Origin: Piromyces finnis finn
Lineage: Eukaryota; Fungi; Neocallimastigomycota
Length of the DNA: 64,000 nucleotides
NCBI GenBank assembly: GCA_002104945.1
Contig: MCFH01000096.1
Span: 1-64,000 of the forward strand
Direction: 5' to 3'
Every line of letters begins with the position of its first letter. Within the stretch, counting starts at the first letter, position 1. A model generated the notes under the pieces. It had not been told where the DNA came from. It made no database searches and saw only the letters and a program-made list of their open reading frames with translations. The translations under genes and the position numbers were made by a program. Shown piece by piece: positions 1 to 12,390 of this stretch.

Positions 1-1676
1 AATAATTATTAAATAAAATAAATTATTAAATAAAATAAAACGACTTAATCCAATAATGTACTAAAATAATAAAATAATAATAAATAAATAAAAATGAATA
101 AATAAACTAAAAATAAAATGGTATACATCAAATCATTAATTCTAGTGTTTATCCAAGTGTTCTTTAGAAATTCTCTTAAACTTATAAGTTAATAAATAAC
201 TAATTGAGTAATTATTACTAAAATGATAAACTTAAAACCTGGAAATAGAACAATAATAACAATTCCAAAGATAAAATACAGAACTCTTTTATGTTTCTGT
301 ATAAAATGAGTGTTTATAATAATTGATACTTTTAATATTTTAATTTCATTTTAATTTTATTTTAATATTATTTAATTTTAAATTTTAATTATTTTATTCA
401 AGGTATTATACATTTAATGATAGTCAATGATAATTTATAATAATTTTTCTAAATTTAAACATTTTGAAGTAATAAGAAAATCAAATAATTAATATTCTAT
501 AATATTTTATAATACTAAGACATAATTCTAATTTATTCTTTTAATTTTAATAAATAATAACAATAGTAATAATAATATTTAATAGTTAAAAATAATAATA
601 CATGTAATAAATGAAAATGTATAAAAGGAAGATAAAATTCTTCTTTATAAAGGGCGGACAATAAATAGAGAATAAAAAGACCATAAACAGATAATAAATA
701 AATTATAAAATATAATAAAGATTTAATTTAAAACATAATAAGAGTTTATTTTCGAGTTTTGAGTGATTTATTTGTTAATTATAAAACATATTTTTATTTT
801 ATTTTAAATTTATTGTTTCATCATAATAATATAGAATTTATTATTTATTAAAAACATTATATTATTCAAAAATATATCGGTCAACGCATCAAATTGATAA
901 ATAATGAAATTAATAAATATAAAATTATTATTAAACCTGATTTTTAAGTTAACCCTAAAAGTAACTTAAAATAAGTTATAGTTTAATTAAGTACTTTACC
1001 AAAATTCTAAAATGAAATTAATCCTAAACACTGCATATATTTTGATTATTGAAAGAAAATAATAAACTTTAATTAATCGAGATCAAAATATATAACTTTT
1101 GTTAAATTAATTGTTAAATTAAATATTTAATAACTTCGTTAGTAAATTACACTTTAAAAGTAAACAAATATAATAATTCATGTTATAAAATAATATAATT
1201 AAACACCTTTATTAAAACATTAAAAATAATTATTACTTTAATTAATTGTAAAATAAACAACTTTTTATATTCTTTAACTTTTAATTATTTCTTTTATTGT
1301 TATTTCTAATTACTTTTATTACTTTTATTGTAAATAGTTATTAATTTTATTGTTTTAATGTAAATAGTTTAAATTTAAAAGAAAATATAAATACATGTAA
1401 ATATTCTCATTTTTAATCATTATTATTATTAATAATAAAGAAATATTATATAGTTTAGTTAATATTTTTGTAATTTTAATAATCACTTTTATACTTAAAT
1501 AAATAAAATTTTAAATATTTAAATATTAGGAAAACAAGTGTTTCTAATAAAACAACTTTATTAATTTTTACAAAAACAATTTTAATTCCTAATCCATATA
1601 ACTTATATAGTTATACTCAAAGATATAATATAATAATCACTTTTTGAAGTAAAATTCAAAATTAAGATTATTATCA
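1..1676 (-). mobile_element. Mirror copy (partial, cut by window edge) of solo LTR X2
   Basis: Reverse complement of 12391-14067; ends ...TTATCA at 1676 followed by AATT. Confidence 0.7.
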
Positions 1677-1743
1677 AATTATATCATTTAATTGATATGC
1701 TACTCCCATAAAAACATAATAAAAATAGTTGAATAAATACGAT

Positions 1744-2736
1744 TGCGAAGATATTAACTGGATTTAAAACAAATTCAGATAATATCTATAATTAATTAAA
1801 CATAATAATTATAATTAAATAATCCCAACAGTTATTTTAAAACACCTTTAAAAGTCACCTTTTAAATTTTGATTCAGTGAAAGGGTTATGATTTCAAAAA
1901 ATTTAATATCAATACACTATAACCCTTAGCCAAAAATAAACAAATACGAAACTACGCATAACTCGTCAAAAACGAGCGTTACGGCTGTAAGTGCTACGGC
2001 TGTGAAACCAGGTTTATTAGAAAGCTTAAGGGAAAAGCTATATTTTGGTACAATCGCGGTCCTTCTAACTGGTCATTTAAGGAAGATATGGTCATTTAAA
2101 GATTTTAATAGGTAAATTAAAATCAATATGATATCAAGTATGGATCATAGACATTTCTTATGACTTGACAAAAATTAAAAATATATCAATAGAAATTTTA
2201 ATTATATTAATTTAATTAATGTTAGTAACTGTTACTAAAGATAGAACTAAACCATTTAGGTGTAACAGTTAACATTTATAAATTAAATAATTCTAATTAT
2301 TATAAAATAGGTTAATGGATCAAGTGTTTAAATGATTAATCATATGTTTACTTTATTTTATGTCATGACAAAACAAACAAACAAACAAACAATCTTATTA
2401 TATTATTAATATATTACATGTAATACTTTATTTTTATCAATTTAATAATCTGAACAAAGAATATAAAATAGAATGATTTGAATTCGATTTTAATTCTTTG
2501 TAAAGATTATAGTTATAATCTTAATTATATAGTTATTAAATATATTATCATTTATATTATTATTACTAAATAAATAAAATTTTATAAAAAAGTTATTCTA
2601 AAGAATAAATGTTAATTTTTCATTTGGAAGTTTAAAGTGTTATTGTACATTTAAATTTAATTTCTTAAAAAACATATTTACTATATAATTAATAACATTC
2701 TGACCTGGCCGCATAACCAAATCCAAAAACTTTACA
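1744..2736 (+). repeat. 5' LTR of Gypsy A copy 1 (993 bp)
   Basis: TG...CA. Boundaries defined by the shared start with copy 3 and by an 11-nt PBS at 2737-2747. Confidence 0.8.
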
Positions 2737-2771
2737 ATAATCTTTACCCGCTGTTTAGTGGCTACTTTAGA

Positions 2772-3809
2772 ATGTTCACTCCAGTTCCTAAATTCCCAGA
2801 CGAAATAAACCAACTTAGAGAGGATGCTACTTAGACTGCCAAAGATATCATTGAGGGTATCAATGAAAATTTGGTTTTCCGTGAAGATTTTCAAAATTTT
2901 TCCAATGATGTAAATAATCGTTTAAATGAAATCATGGGAATATTAACAAGTATGAATAATAGTCAAGCTACTCAGAATGAAGATGAACATCCATTGTTAC
3001 ATACCAACTATGATAGGATAGCTACTCCAAGACCTAATGCCTTTAGAGATGATGAGTCTACTTCAACAAGATTTGATTTAGATCATGATGTTATCATGAG
3101 AGGTCGTTTTGCTACTCCAATTACTCAAGTCCCAGATCTAGGTATGTTTTCCGGTAAGACTAGTGAGACCGATCTATTTTGTCAATTATGTGAAGATACT
3201 TTTAAAACTCTACCAAATCGAACTTTACCAGAAGAAACAAAAATTAATTTTGTACAATCCCGTCTTCGTGATGCTGCTAGAAATTGGTATCTTGCCAAGT
3301 ACAAGGATAATATTTATCCAGCTACCATGCAAGAATTATTGGATGGATTAAGAATTGCTTTCTCCAATGTTGCTAGTTACAAGATAGCTAAAATCAAAAT
3401 AATGCGTTTAAAACAACAATATGGTAAAATAAATGATTATATCGAGGAATTCCGCTCTCTTTCGCAACAATTTAAATGGAATGAAGAAGCATTATCTTTA
3501 ATCTTTTACAATGGGTTACATCCAAAATATCAGGAAGAAATTGAAAAGATGGAGATATTTCCAACCACTATGGAGTCCATTATAACTAGATGTATTTTGA
3601 TTGAAAGTTCTCTTTCTACAAAGAATAAGATTACCCAGTCTTCCAGTTCCAAATCTAACAAGAAAAGAAATTCACATTTCAACCACCACAGACCATACAA
3701 TAACAATAACTATAACAATAACAATAACAATAGCAATAACTTCCAAAAACATAATAATAATTACTATAACAACAATTATAAGGCTCAAAAAATTAGTTCA
3801 AAAAACTAA
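2772..3809 (+). pseudogene. gag: gag of Gypsy A copy 1 with a premature stop
   Basis: ATG at 2772 matches MFTPVP of copy 3; CAG->TAG at 2832-2834. The track ORF 2871..3809 is the remainder. Confidence 0.9.
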
Positions 3810-3832
3810 ATAAAGGACTTCCATTGAAGTCC
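3800..3832 (+). promoter_or_regulatory. -1 ribosomal frameshift signal (A AAA AAC + hairpin GGACTTC-CATT-GAAGTCC)
   Basis: Heptamer 3800-3806 abuts the gag stop. The pol frame is -1 and open through the junction. Perfect 7-bp stem at 3815-3832, 8 nt downstream. Confidence 0.85.
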
Positions 3833-5056
3833 CATCACCACTCGAATATAAAAATATTAAACTACACTTTTCCCACTATCAATAAAGATAATACATTACC
3901 TTCAACATTTTTTACTTTTAATACATATATATTATCCAATAATGGAGGTACAAATAAAATACATAATAAAACTATATGTACATCACTATTAGATAGTGGA
4001 TCTTATTGTAATTTTATGTCGTACAAACTATTACGTACATTACAATTACATTCTCATAAAATGAATAATGTTATCACTGTACAAGGTATCAGTGGTACTT
4101 CAATTGAACTTGATGAATATATCAACCTAAACTTCCAGTTAAAACTATTTATCAACAATAAATTTCATTTCATCAATTTCAAAGAAAAATTTTTACTTGC
4201 GGATTATATTCCGACAGATTTATTATTTGGAAATATATTCATGTCCAAATATGAAATTCATTATAATTATAATAAAAAATATTTATATTCAAATTTAAAA
4301 TATGATTTTAACAAAAAGAAATTCAATATGAAGCATGCTACTAAGTTTTTAAATTTAGAAAAATTCATTTCTTATAATAGAAATGATAAGAATACTACAC
4401 CTACCACTTCTACAGGTGCAAATAATAATAAAAAATATTCCGCTACTTTTTATAATTTAAAAAATAAAATTCATAATTTTTATTTCAGATCCAAAACCTT
4501 TAAGAAGAAGAAAAATGGTCGATTCCACAAATTCAAATCTAAACGTTCCAAATTTTCTAAAAAAGTTATATTAAATAAAAATAATTATGATGGATATAAT
4601 TATAATTATTTAATTCATACTTTTTTGTCCGAAAAACCAGAAGAAGTAAGCAATTTAGAAGAACATACAATTGAGGATATTCCAGAACCCTATCGAGATT
4701 TGGCAAAAGTTTTCAGCAAACAAGAAGCTGATAAACTACCGCCACATAGAATTACAGATTGCAAAATAGTACTAGAAAAAGATGCTACTCTTCATTATGG
4801 TCCCATCTATCCTTTATCAGAAGAAGAATCAAAAGTTTTAGAAGAGTATATCAAGGAAAATTTAGAAAAAGGCTTTATTAGACCATCCGAATCACCCGCA
4901 GGATATCCAGTGGTGTTTCAGAAAAAGAAAGATGGTACTCTTAGAGTTTGTATTGATTATAAAAAACTCAATTCTGTAACGATACGTAATTCCTACCCAA
5001 TACCGCTTATTACCGACATTATAGAACGTGTCAAAGTAAATGATAATAACCCTTAA
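3824..5056 (+). pseudogene. pol: Truncated pol of Gypsy A copy 1 (aspartic protease + RT N-terminus)
   Basis: LLDSGS protease motif; [24 protein letters not shown] start. The last few codons come from the LTR-X junction. Confidence 0.9.
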
Positions 5057-5219
5057 AAATGAATGAATAATAATTTTATGAAAATATAACCCTTTCTTAA
5101 ATAAATAATATTCTCTTTATTATATAATAAATTCTGAGTAAAAACGACCTAATAGTGATAATAATAAAATAAATTATTAAATAAATAAAACGACTTAATC
5201 CAATAATGTATTAAAATAA

Positions 5220-6300
5220 GATATATTTTATTTTTATTAGTTTTATTATTATTATTTTTGTTATCGTTTTCTTCTTTGCTTCCTTCATCATAGCTTATTT
5301 CATTTTGATTATAATCTTCATATTTAATTCACTTTCATCTTCTGTGAAATATCCATTACTCTTCTTCTTTTGCTTTAATATATTAATTTAGGGTTGGTTC
5401 AAAATGGATGATTTTATTATTGATTTATTAACATTATTTTATTTTTATCTAATAATTTAGTAGATATACTTTTATTTTTGTGAAGCACATTTATTGTATT
5501 TAAATTTTTGTTTAGACATGCAGAAAGATTGCATACTCCCATCAATTAATTTAAATAATTTCCATCATCATAACTTTCAGGACATTCGAAGTCTTGATGA
5601 CCAATACGTAAGCAATTTGCGCAAAAGTTTATTTTAAGTTCAGATAATTTTTGGGATAACTCTTGAATTTCGTCGTTATTGTTAGTATTATTTTTAAGTA
5701 TATTTCTTTCTTTCATTCTGTTATTAAACTGGTTTCTATTATAATAGTTACTTCTTTGTTCATTATTAATTATCTTATTATTGTAATTATTATTTAAATG
5801 ATCGTTGTTGTTATTATTTTGATAATAGTTATTATAACCGCTTTTATTGTTAGAACAATCATAACTTGGTGTATTACTGTAAATTTTGTAGTTTGGATTA
5901 TTATTTGAATTGTTGAAGTTAGGGATATATCTGTTATTACTATTATAATTTCTATATGTATTGTAATTATTGTGCATTTTCTTAATTCTGTCATTGTTGT
6001 TACTTGTATTTGGTAGTAAATAAAATGTACTAGCTTTATTCTTTGTGTTGTATATATTTTCACTATGATTTATATTTTCTTGAAGTTTATTGTATTTTTC
6101 TTTTTTTTTTTTTTTTTCCAGAGGAGATTACTTTTCCTTTTTTTTCTTTCATTAGATTCATTATTTTCTCTTTCTTCGAGGTTATTTTCATGGAGTTTTC
6201 TAAGGTTACTGGTTCTCCTTCCATAAGATTTTCGTAAATTAGGTAATCTATTAAAAGTTATAATTTTTGTTTGGTTGTCCATTTTCTGTACTATTAGTAT
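5220..6300 (-). pseudogene. gag: Degraded Gypsy relic E (C/D-clade gag C-terminus + start of pol)
   Basis: ORF 5546..5977 ends ELSQKLSELKINF-CANCLRIGHQDFEC-...YLN* (CCHC knuckle, same layout as the C and D gags). An alternative frame near 6200 reads EGEPVTLENSMKI, matching EKEVTLAEAYKL and KQPKTLKDAMVI. Multiple frameshifts. Confidence 0.75.
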
Positions 6301-8796
6301 GTATTATTATATTATATTAAGTAATTATCTACTTTATTAATTATTGCTATTTCCTATTTCTTATTTTTTTTATCAATTAATGATTATTAATATTTTTGAT
6401 AATAATTATTATCTGTACCATTATTAAATGAAAAATTTTTATTATAGTCTATTATTATTTATATATATATATTCTATTATTTTAATTTAATTATTATATC
6501 AAGTCACGTAGCAATTTATATATTTAAAATAATATTTATTATTATTTGTATATTTTATATCTCAATTTCTCAATTAATGTATTTAATTTACTTTATATAA
6601 ATGCATTTATATAACTTCATATGTTTTATTACAATTGTTATTAAATATTATTATTATTCACTATTAATATATTTCTTATTAAATTACATATATATATTCT
6701 TATTATTTTAATGTGTAATTATTAAATTCTATTTTAAATTAATTAATTATTCTATTGATTATATAATAACTTAATTTATTTTTCAATTTTTAATAATATT
6801 GCATTTTTTTTTAAAAAAAAGATGTAAATATTAATATTTAGCTTCACCGGCCTTTAAAGTTTGATACGAGAAGATATTATCTTAATTCTATAAATGAATA
6901 TAGAAAGTGATAATATCTGTATCTAAAATTTTAATAAATAAAAATAAGAAAATAAAATAAATGATTTTTATACTTGTTCATCTGCAAGTCTTTGCTAGTT
7001 TAAAATATAAAAATATTTTATTTAATTATAAAGTTTTAATATTTAATAACTCTTGTATTATTAAATATATATATTATTATTATTCAATACATCTCATATG
7101 TATATAATTATAATTACAAATATTATTTTATATAAATTATATATTTAATTTTACTGGATTATTAGGAACCATTTAATAAATTTAATATAATATATCTAAT
7201 TTTGACGGATTATTAGGAAAAATTTTTAAATGAACATTTTCTATTACTATTTATACAAAATTATTATTTTAAAGCATAATTATAAACAAATATAAACTAT
7301 TTAATTTAAAAAGAAATAAACAATTAAATAATCATAAATTTTACATTTATAATTTCTAATTTAATAATTTTATGCAAGTTAATTATTTTAATTTTTAACT
7401 ATCTGTGTTTTAATAATAATTTGCAATTTATAATTTTGAATTTTACTTCAAAAAGTGATTATTATATTATATCTTACAGTATAACCGTATAAGTTATATT
7501 TATAAAATATTTTTTCATAAAAATTATTAAAATTGTTTTATAATAACACAAAATTGTTTTATTAGAAACACTTGTTTTTCTAATATTTAAATATTTAAAA
7601 TTTTATTTATTAAATTATTAAAATGATTATTAAAATTATAAAAATATTAACAAAACTATATAATATTTTCCTTGTTAATAATAATAATTAAAATAAGAAT
7701 ATTTACATGTATTTATATTTTCTTTTAAATTTAAACTATTTACATTAAAATAATAAAATTAATAACTATTTACAATAAAAGTAATAAAAGTAATTAGAAA
7801 TAGCAATAAAATAAATAATTAAAGTTAAAGGATATAAAAAGTTGTTTATTTTACAATTAATAAAGTAATAATTATTTTTAATATTTTAATAAAAGTGTTT
7901 ATTATATAATTTTATAACTTATTTTAAGTTACTTTTAGGGTTAACTTAAAAATCAGGTATAATAATAATTTTATGTTTATTAATTTCATTATTTATCACA
8001 ATGATGCGTTGACCGATATATTTTTGAATAATATAATGTTTTTAATATATAATAAATTCTATATTATTATTATGATGAAACAATAAATTTAAAATAAAAT
8101 AAAATATGTTTTATAATTAACAAATAAATCACTCAAAACTCGAAAATAAACTCTTATTATGTTTTAGATTAAATATTTATTATATTTTATAATTTATTTA
8201 TTATCTGTTTATTGTCTTTTTATTCTCTATTTATTGTCCGCCTTTTTATGAAGAAGAATTTTATCTTCCTTTTATACATTTTCATTTATTACATGTATTA
8301 TTATTTTTAACTATTAGATATTATTATTACTATTGTCATTATTTATTAAAATTAAAAGAATAAATTAAAATTATGTTTTAGTATTATAAAATATTATAGA
8401 ATATTACTTATTTGATCTTCTTTTACTTCAAAGTGTTTAAACTAAAAAATTATTATAAACTATCATTAACTATCATTAAATGTATAATACCTTGAATAAA
8501 ATAATTAAAATTTAAAATTAAAATAAAATTAAAATAAAATTAAAACAAAATTAAAATATTAAAAGTATCGATTATTATAAACACTCATTTTATACAGAAA
8601 CATAAAAGAGTTCTGTATTTTATCTTTAGAATTGTTATTATTATTCTATTTCCAGGTTTTAAGTTTATCATTTTTAGTAATAATTACCCAATTATTTATT
8701 TATTAATTTATATATGTAAATTTAAAGAACTTGGATAAAACACTAAAATTAATAATTTGATGTATACCATTTTATTTTTGGTTTATTTATTTATTT

Positions 8797-8839
<43 letters not shown>

Positions 8840-9010
8840 TTATTTTATTATTTTAATAAATTATTGGATTAAGTCGTTTTATTTATTTAATAATTTATTT
8901 TATTATTATCACTATTAGGTCGTTTTTACTCAGAATTTATTATATAATAAAGAGAATATTATTTATTTAAGAAAGGGTTATATTTTCATAAAATTATTAT
9001 TCATTCATTT

Positions 9011-10243
9011 TTAAGGGTTATTATCATTTACTTTGACACGTTCTATAATGTCGGTAATAAGCGGTATTGGGTAGGAATTACGTATCGTTACAGAATTGAG
9101 TTTTTTATAATCAATACAAACTCTAAGAGTACCATCTTTCTTTTTCTGAAACACCACTGGATATCCTGCGGGTGATTCGGATGGTCTAATAAAGCCTTTT
9201 TCTAAATTTTCCTTGATATACTCTTCTAAAACTTTTGATTCTTCTTCTGATAAAGGATAGATGGGACCATAATGAAGAGTAGCATCTTTTTCTAGTACTA
9301 TTTTGCAATCTGTAATTCTATGTGGCGGTAGTTTATCAGCTTCTTGTTTGCTGAAAACTTTTGCCAAATCTCGATAGGGTTCTGGAATATCCTCAATTGT
9401 ATGTTCTTCTAAATTGCTTACTTCTTCTGGTTTTTCGGACAAAAAAGTATGAATTAAATAATTATAATTATATCCATCATAATTATTTTTATTTAATATA
9501 ACTTTTTTAGAAAATTTGGAACGTTTAGATTTGAATTTGTGGAATCGACCATTTTTCTTCTTCTTAAAGGTTTTGGATCTGAAATAAAAATTATGAATTT
9601 TATTTTTTAAATTATAAAAAGTAGCGGAATATTTTTTATTATTATTTGCACCTGTAGAAGTGGTAGGTGTAGTATTCTTATCATTTCTATTATAAGAAAT
9701 GAATTTTTCTAAATTTAAAAACTTAGTAGCATGCTTCATATTGAATTTCTTTTTGTTAAAATCATATTTTAAATTTGAATATAAATATTTTTTATTATAA
9801 TTATAATGAATTTCATATTTGGACATGAATATATTTCCAAATAATAAATCTGTCGGAATATAATCCGCAAGTAAAAATTTTTCTTTGAAATTGATGAAAT
9901 GAAATTTATTGTTGATAAATAGTTTTAACTGGAAGTTTAGGTTGATATATTCATCAAGTTCAATTGAAGTACCACTGATACCTTGTACAGTGATAACATT
10001 ATTCATTTTATGAGAATGTAATTGTAATGTACGTAATAGTTTGTACGACATAAAATTACAATAAGATCCACTATCTAATAGTGATGTACATATAGTTTTA
10101 TTATGTATTTTATTTGTACCTCCATTATTGGATAATATATATGTATTAAAAGTAAAAAATGTTGAAGGTAATGTATTATCTTTATTGATAGTGGGAAAAG
10201 TGTAGTTTAATATTTTTATATTCGAGTGGTGATGGGACTTCAA
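9011..10243 (-). pseudogene. pol: Truncated pol of Gypsy A copy 2
   Basis: Identical protein to 3824..5056. Confidence 0.9.
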
Positions 10244-12323
10244 TGGAAGTCCTTTATTTAGTTTTTTGAACTAATTTTTTGAGCCTTATAATTGTTGTTA
10301 TAGTAATTATTATTATGTTTTTGGAAGTTATTGCTATTGTTATTGTTATTGTTATAGTTATTGTTATTGTATGGTCTGTGGTGGTTGAAATGTGAATTTC
10401 TTTTCTTGTTAGATTTGGAACTGGAAGACTGGGTAATCTTATTCTTTGTAGAAAGAGAACTTTCAATCAAAATACATCTAGTTATAATGGACTCCATAGT
10501 GGTTGGAAATATCTCCATCTTTTCAATTTCTTCCTGATATTTTGGATGTAACCCATTGTAAAAGATTAAAGATAATGCTTCTTCATTCCATTTAAATTGT
10601 TGCGAAAGAGAGCGGAATTCCTCGATATAATCATTTATTTTACCATATTGTTGTTTTAAACGCATTATTTTGATTTTAGCTATCTTGTAACTAGCAACAT
10701 TGGAGAAAGCAATTCTTAATCCATCCAATAATTCTTGCATGGTAGCTGGATAAATATTATCCTTGTACTTGGCAAGATACCAATTTCTAGCAGCATCACG
10801 AAGACGGGATTGTACAAAATTAATTTTTGTTTCTTCTGGTAAAGTTCGATTTGGTAGAGTTTTAAAAGTATCTTCACATAATTGACAAAATAGATCGGTC
10901 TCACTAGTCTTACCGGAAAACATACCTAGATCTGGGACTTGAGTAATTGGAGTAGCAAAACGACCTCTCATGATAACATCATGATCTAAATCAAATCTTG
11001 TTGAAGTAGACTCATCATCTCTAAAGGCATTAGGTCTTGGAGTAGCTATCCTATCATAGTTGGTATGTAACAATGGATGTTCATCTTCATTCTGAGTAGC
11101 TTGACTATTATTCATACTTGTTAATATTCCCATGATTTCATTTAAACGATTATTTACATCATTGGAAAAATTTTGAAAATCTTCACGGAAAACCAAATTT
11201 TCATTGATACCCTCAATGATATCTTTGGCAGTCTAAGTAGCATCCTCTCTAAGTTGGTTTATTTCGTCTGGGAATTTAGGAACTGGAGTGAACATTCTAA
11301 AGTAGCCACTAAACAGCGGGTAAAGATTATTGTAAAGTTTTTGGATTTGGTTATGCGGCCAGGTCAGAATGTTATTAATTATATAGTAAATATGTTTTTT
11401 AAGAAATTAAATTTAAATGTACAATAACACTTTAAACTTCCAAATGAAAAATTAACATTTATTCTTTAGAATAACTTTTTTATAAAATTTTATTTATTTA
11501 GTAATAATAATATAAATGATAATATATTTAATAACTATATAATTAAGATTATAACTATAATCTTTACAAAGAATTAAAATCGAATTCAAATCATTCTATT
11601 TTATATTCTTTGTTCAGATTATTAAATTGATAAAAATAAAGTATTACATGTAATATATTAATAATATAATAAGATTGTTTGTTTGTTTGTTTGTTTTGTC
11701 ATGACATAAAATAAAGTAAACATATGATTAATCATTTAAACACTTGATCCATTAACCTATTTTATAATAATTAGAATTATTTAATTTATAAATGTTAACT
11801 GTTACACCTAAATGGTTTAGTTCTATCTTTAGTAACAGTTACTAACATTAATTAAATTAATATAATTAAAATTTCTATTGATATATTTTTAATTTTTGTC
11901 AAGTCATAAGAAATGTCTATGATCCATACTTGATATCATATTGATTTTAATTTACCTATTAAAATCTTTAAATGACCATATCTTCCTTAAATGACCAGTT
12001 AGAAGGACCGCGATTGTACCAAAATATAGCTTTTCCCTTAAGCTTTCTAATAAACCTGGTTTCACAGCCGTAGCACTTACAGCCGTAACGCTCGTTTTTG
12101 ACGAGTTATGCGTAGTTTCGTATTTGTTTATTTTTGGCTAAGGGTTATAGTGTATTGATATTAAATTTTTTGAAATCATAACCCTTTCACTGAATCAAAA
12201 TTTAAAAGGTGACTTTTAAAGGTGTTTTAAAATAACTGTTGGGATTATTTAATTATAATTATTATGTTTAATTAATTATAGATATTATCTGAATTTGTTT
12301 TAAATCCAGTTAATATCTTCGCA
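9031..12323 (-). mobile_element. Ty3/Gypsy element A, copy 2 (mirror of copy 1; LTR 11331-12323)
   Basis: Reverse complement of 1744-5036. Confidence 0.9.
10258..11295 (-). pseudogene. gag: gag of Gypsy A copy 2 with premature stop (11233-11235)
   Basis: Mirror of 2772-3809. Confidence 0.9.
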
Positions 12324-12390
12324 ATCGTATTTATTCAACTATTTTTATTATGTTTTTATGGGAGTAGCATATCAATTAAATGATATAATT

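Larger units (their letters stand above)
1744..5036 (+). mobile_element. Ty3/Gypsy element A, copy 1: 5' LTR + gag + 5' pol, truncated in RT
   Basis: Starts TGCGAAG (copy 3 has TGTGAAG at 55613). Homology to copy 3 breaks after ...GTCAAAG at 5036, just past the RT motif [11 protein letters not shown]. Confidence 0.9.
1..5219 (+). repeat. Left arm of a large inverted duplication (reverse complement of ~8848-14067; may continue left of the window)
   Basis: ORFs 2871..3809 and 3824..5056 mirror 11196..10258 and 10243..9011 with identical proteins (coordinate sum 14067). In spot checks the only differences seen were 1-bp homopolymer indels near positions 5 and 371 and one mismatch at 5208. Confidence 0.95.
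7422..12374. mobile_element. Older LTR X1, split by Gypsy A copy 2 (pieces ~7422-9030 and 12324-12374)
   Basis: 7432-9030 is a diverged direct copy of ~12400-14240. 12324-12374 matches the X2 terminus (TGTTTTTATG-GAGTAGC-TATCA). About 25-30 bp of X were lost together with the 3' part of A. The left boundary is approximate. Confidence 0.7.

Noticed and set aside
5515-5545. H-type pseudoknot after the E heptamer (GGGAG/CUUUC plus AUGCA/UGCAU)
   Set aside because: Zero-length loop 3 is sterically implausible; these are at best alternative hairpins in a decayed element.
6070-6282. ORF MDNQTK... as the true start of E gag or a host gene
   Set aside because: The homologous gag motif lies in another frame, and the ORF runs through a poly(A) tract; it is a frameshifted relic.
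6300-7421. E as the internal region of LTR X1
   Set aside because: No PBS next to the X1 boundary, and X termini resemble D/C LTRs in the opposite orientation; unresolved.
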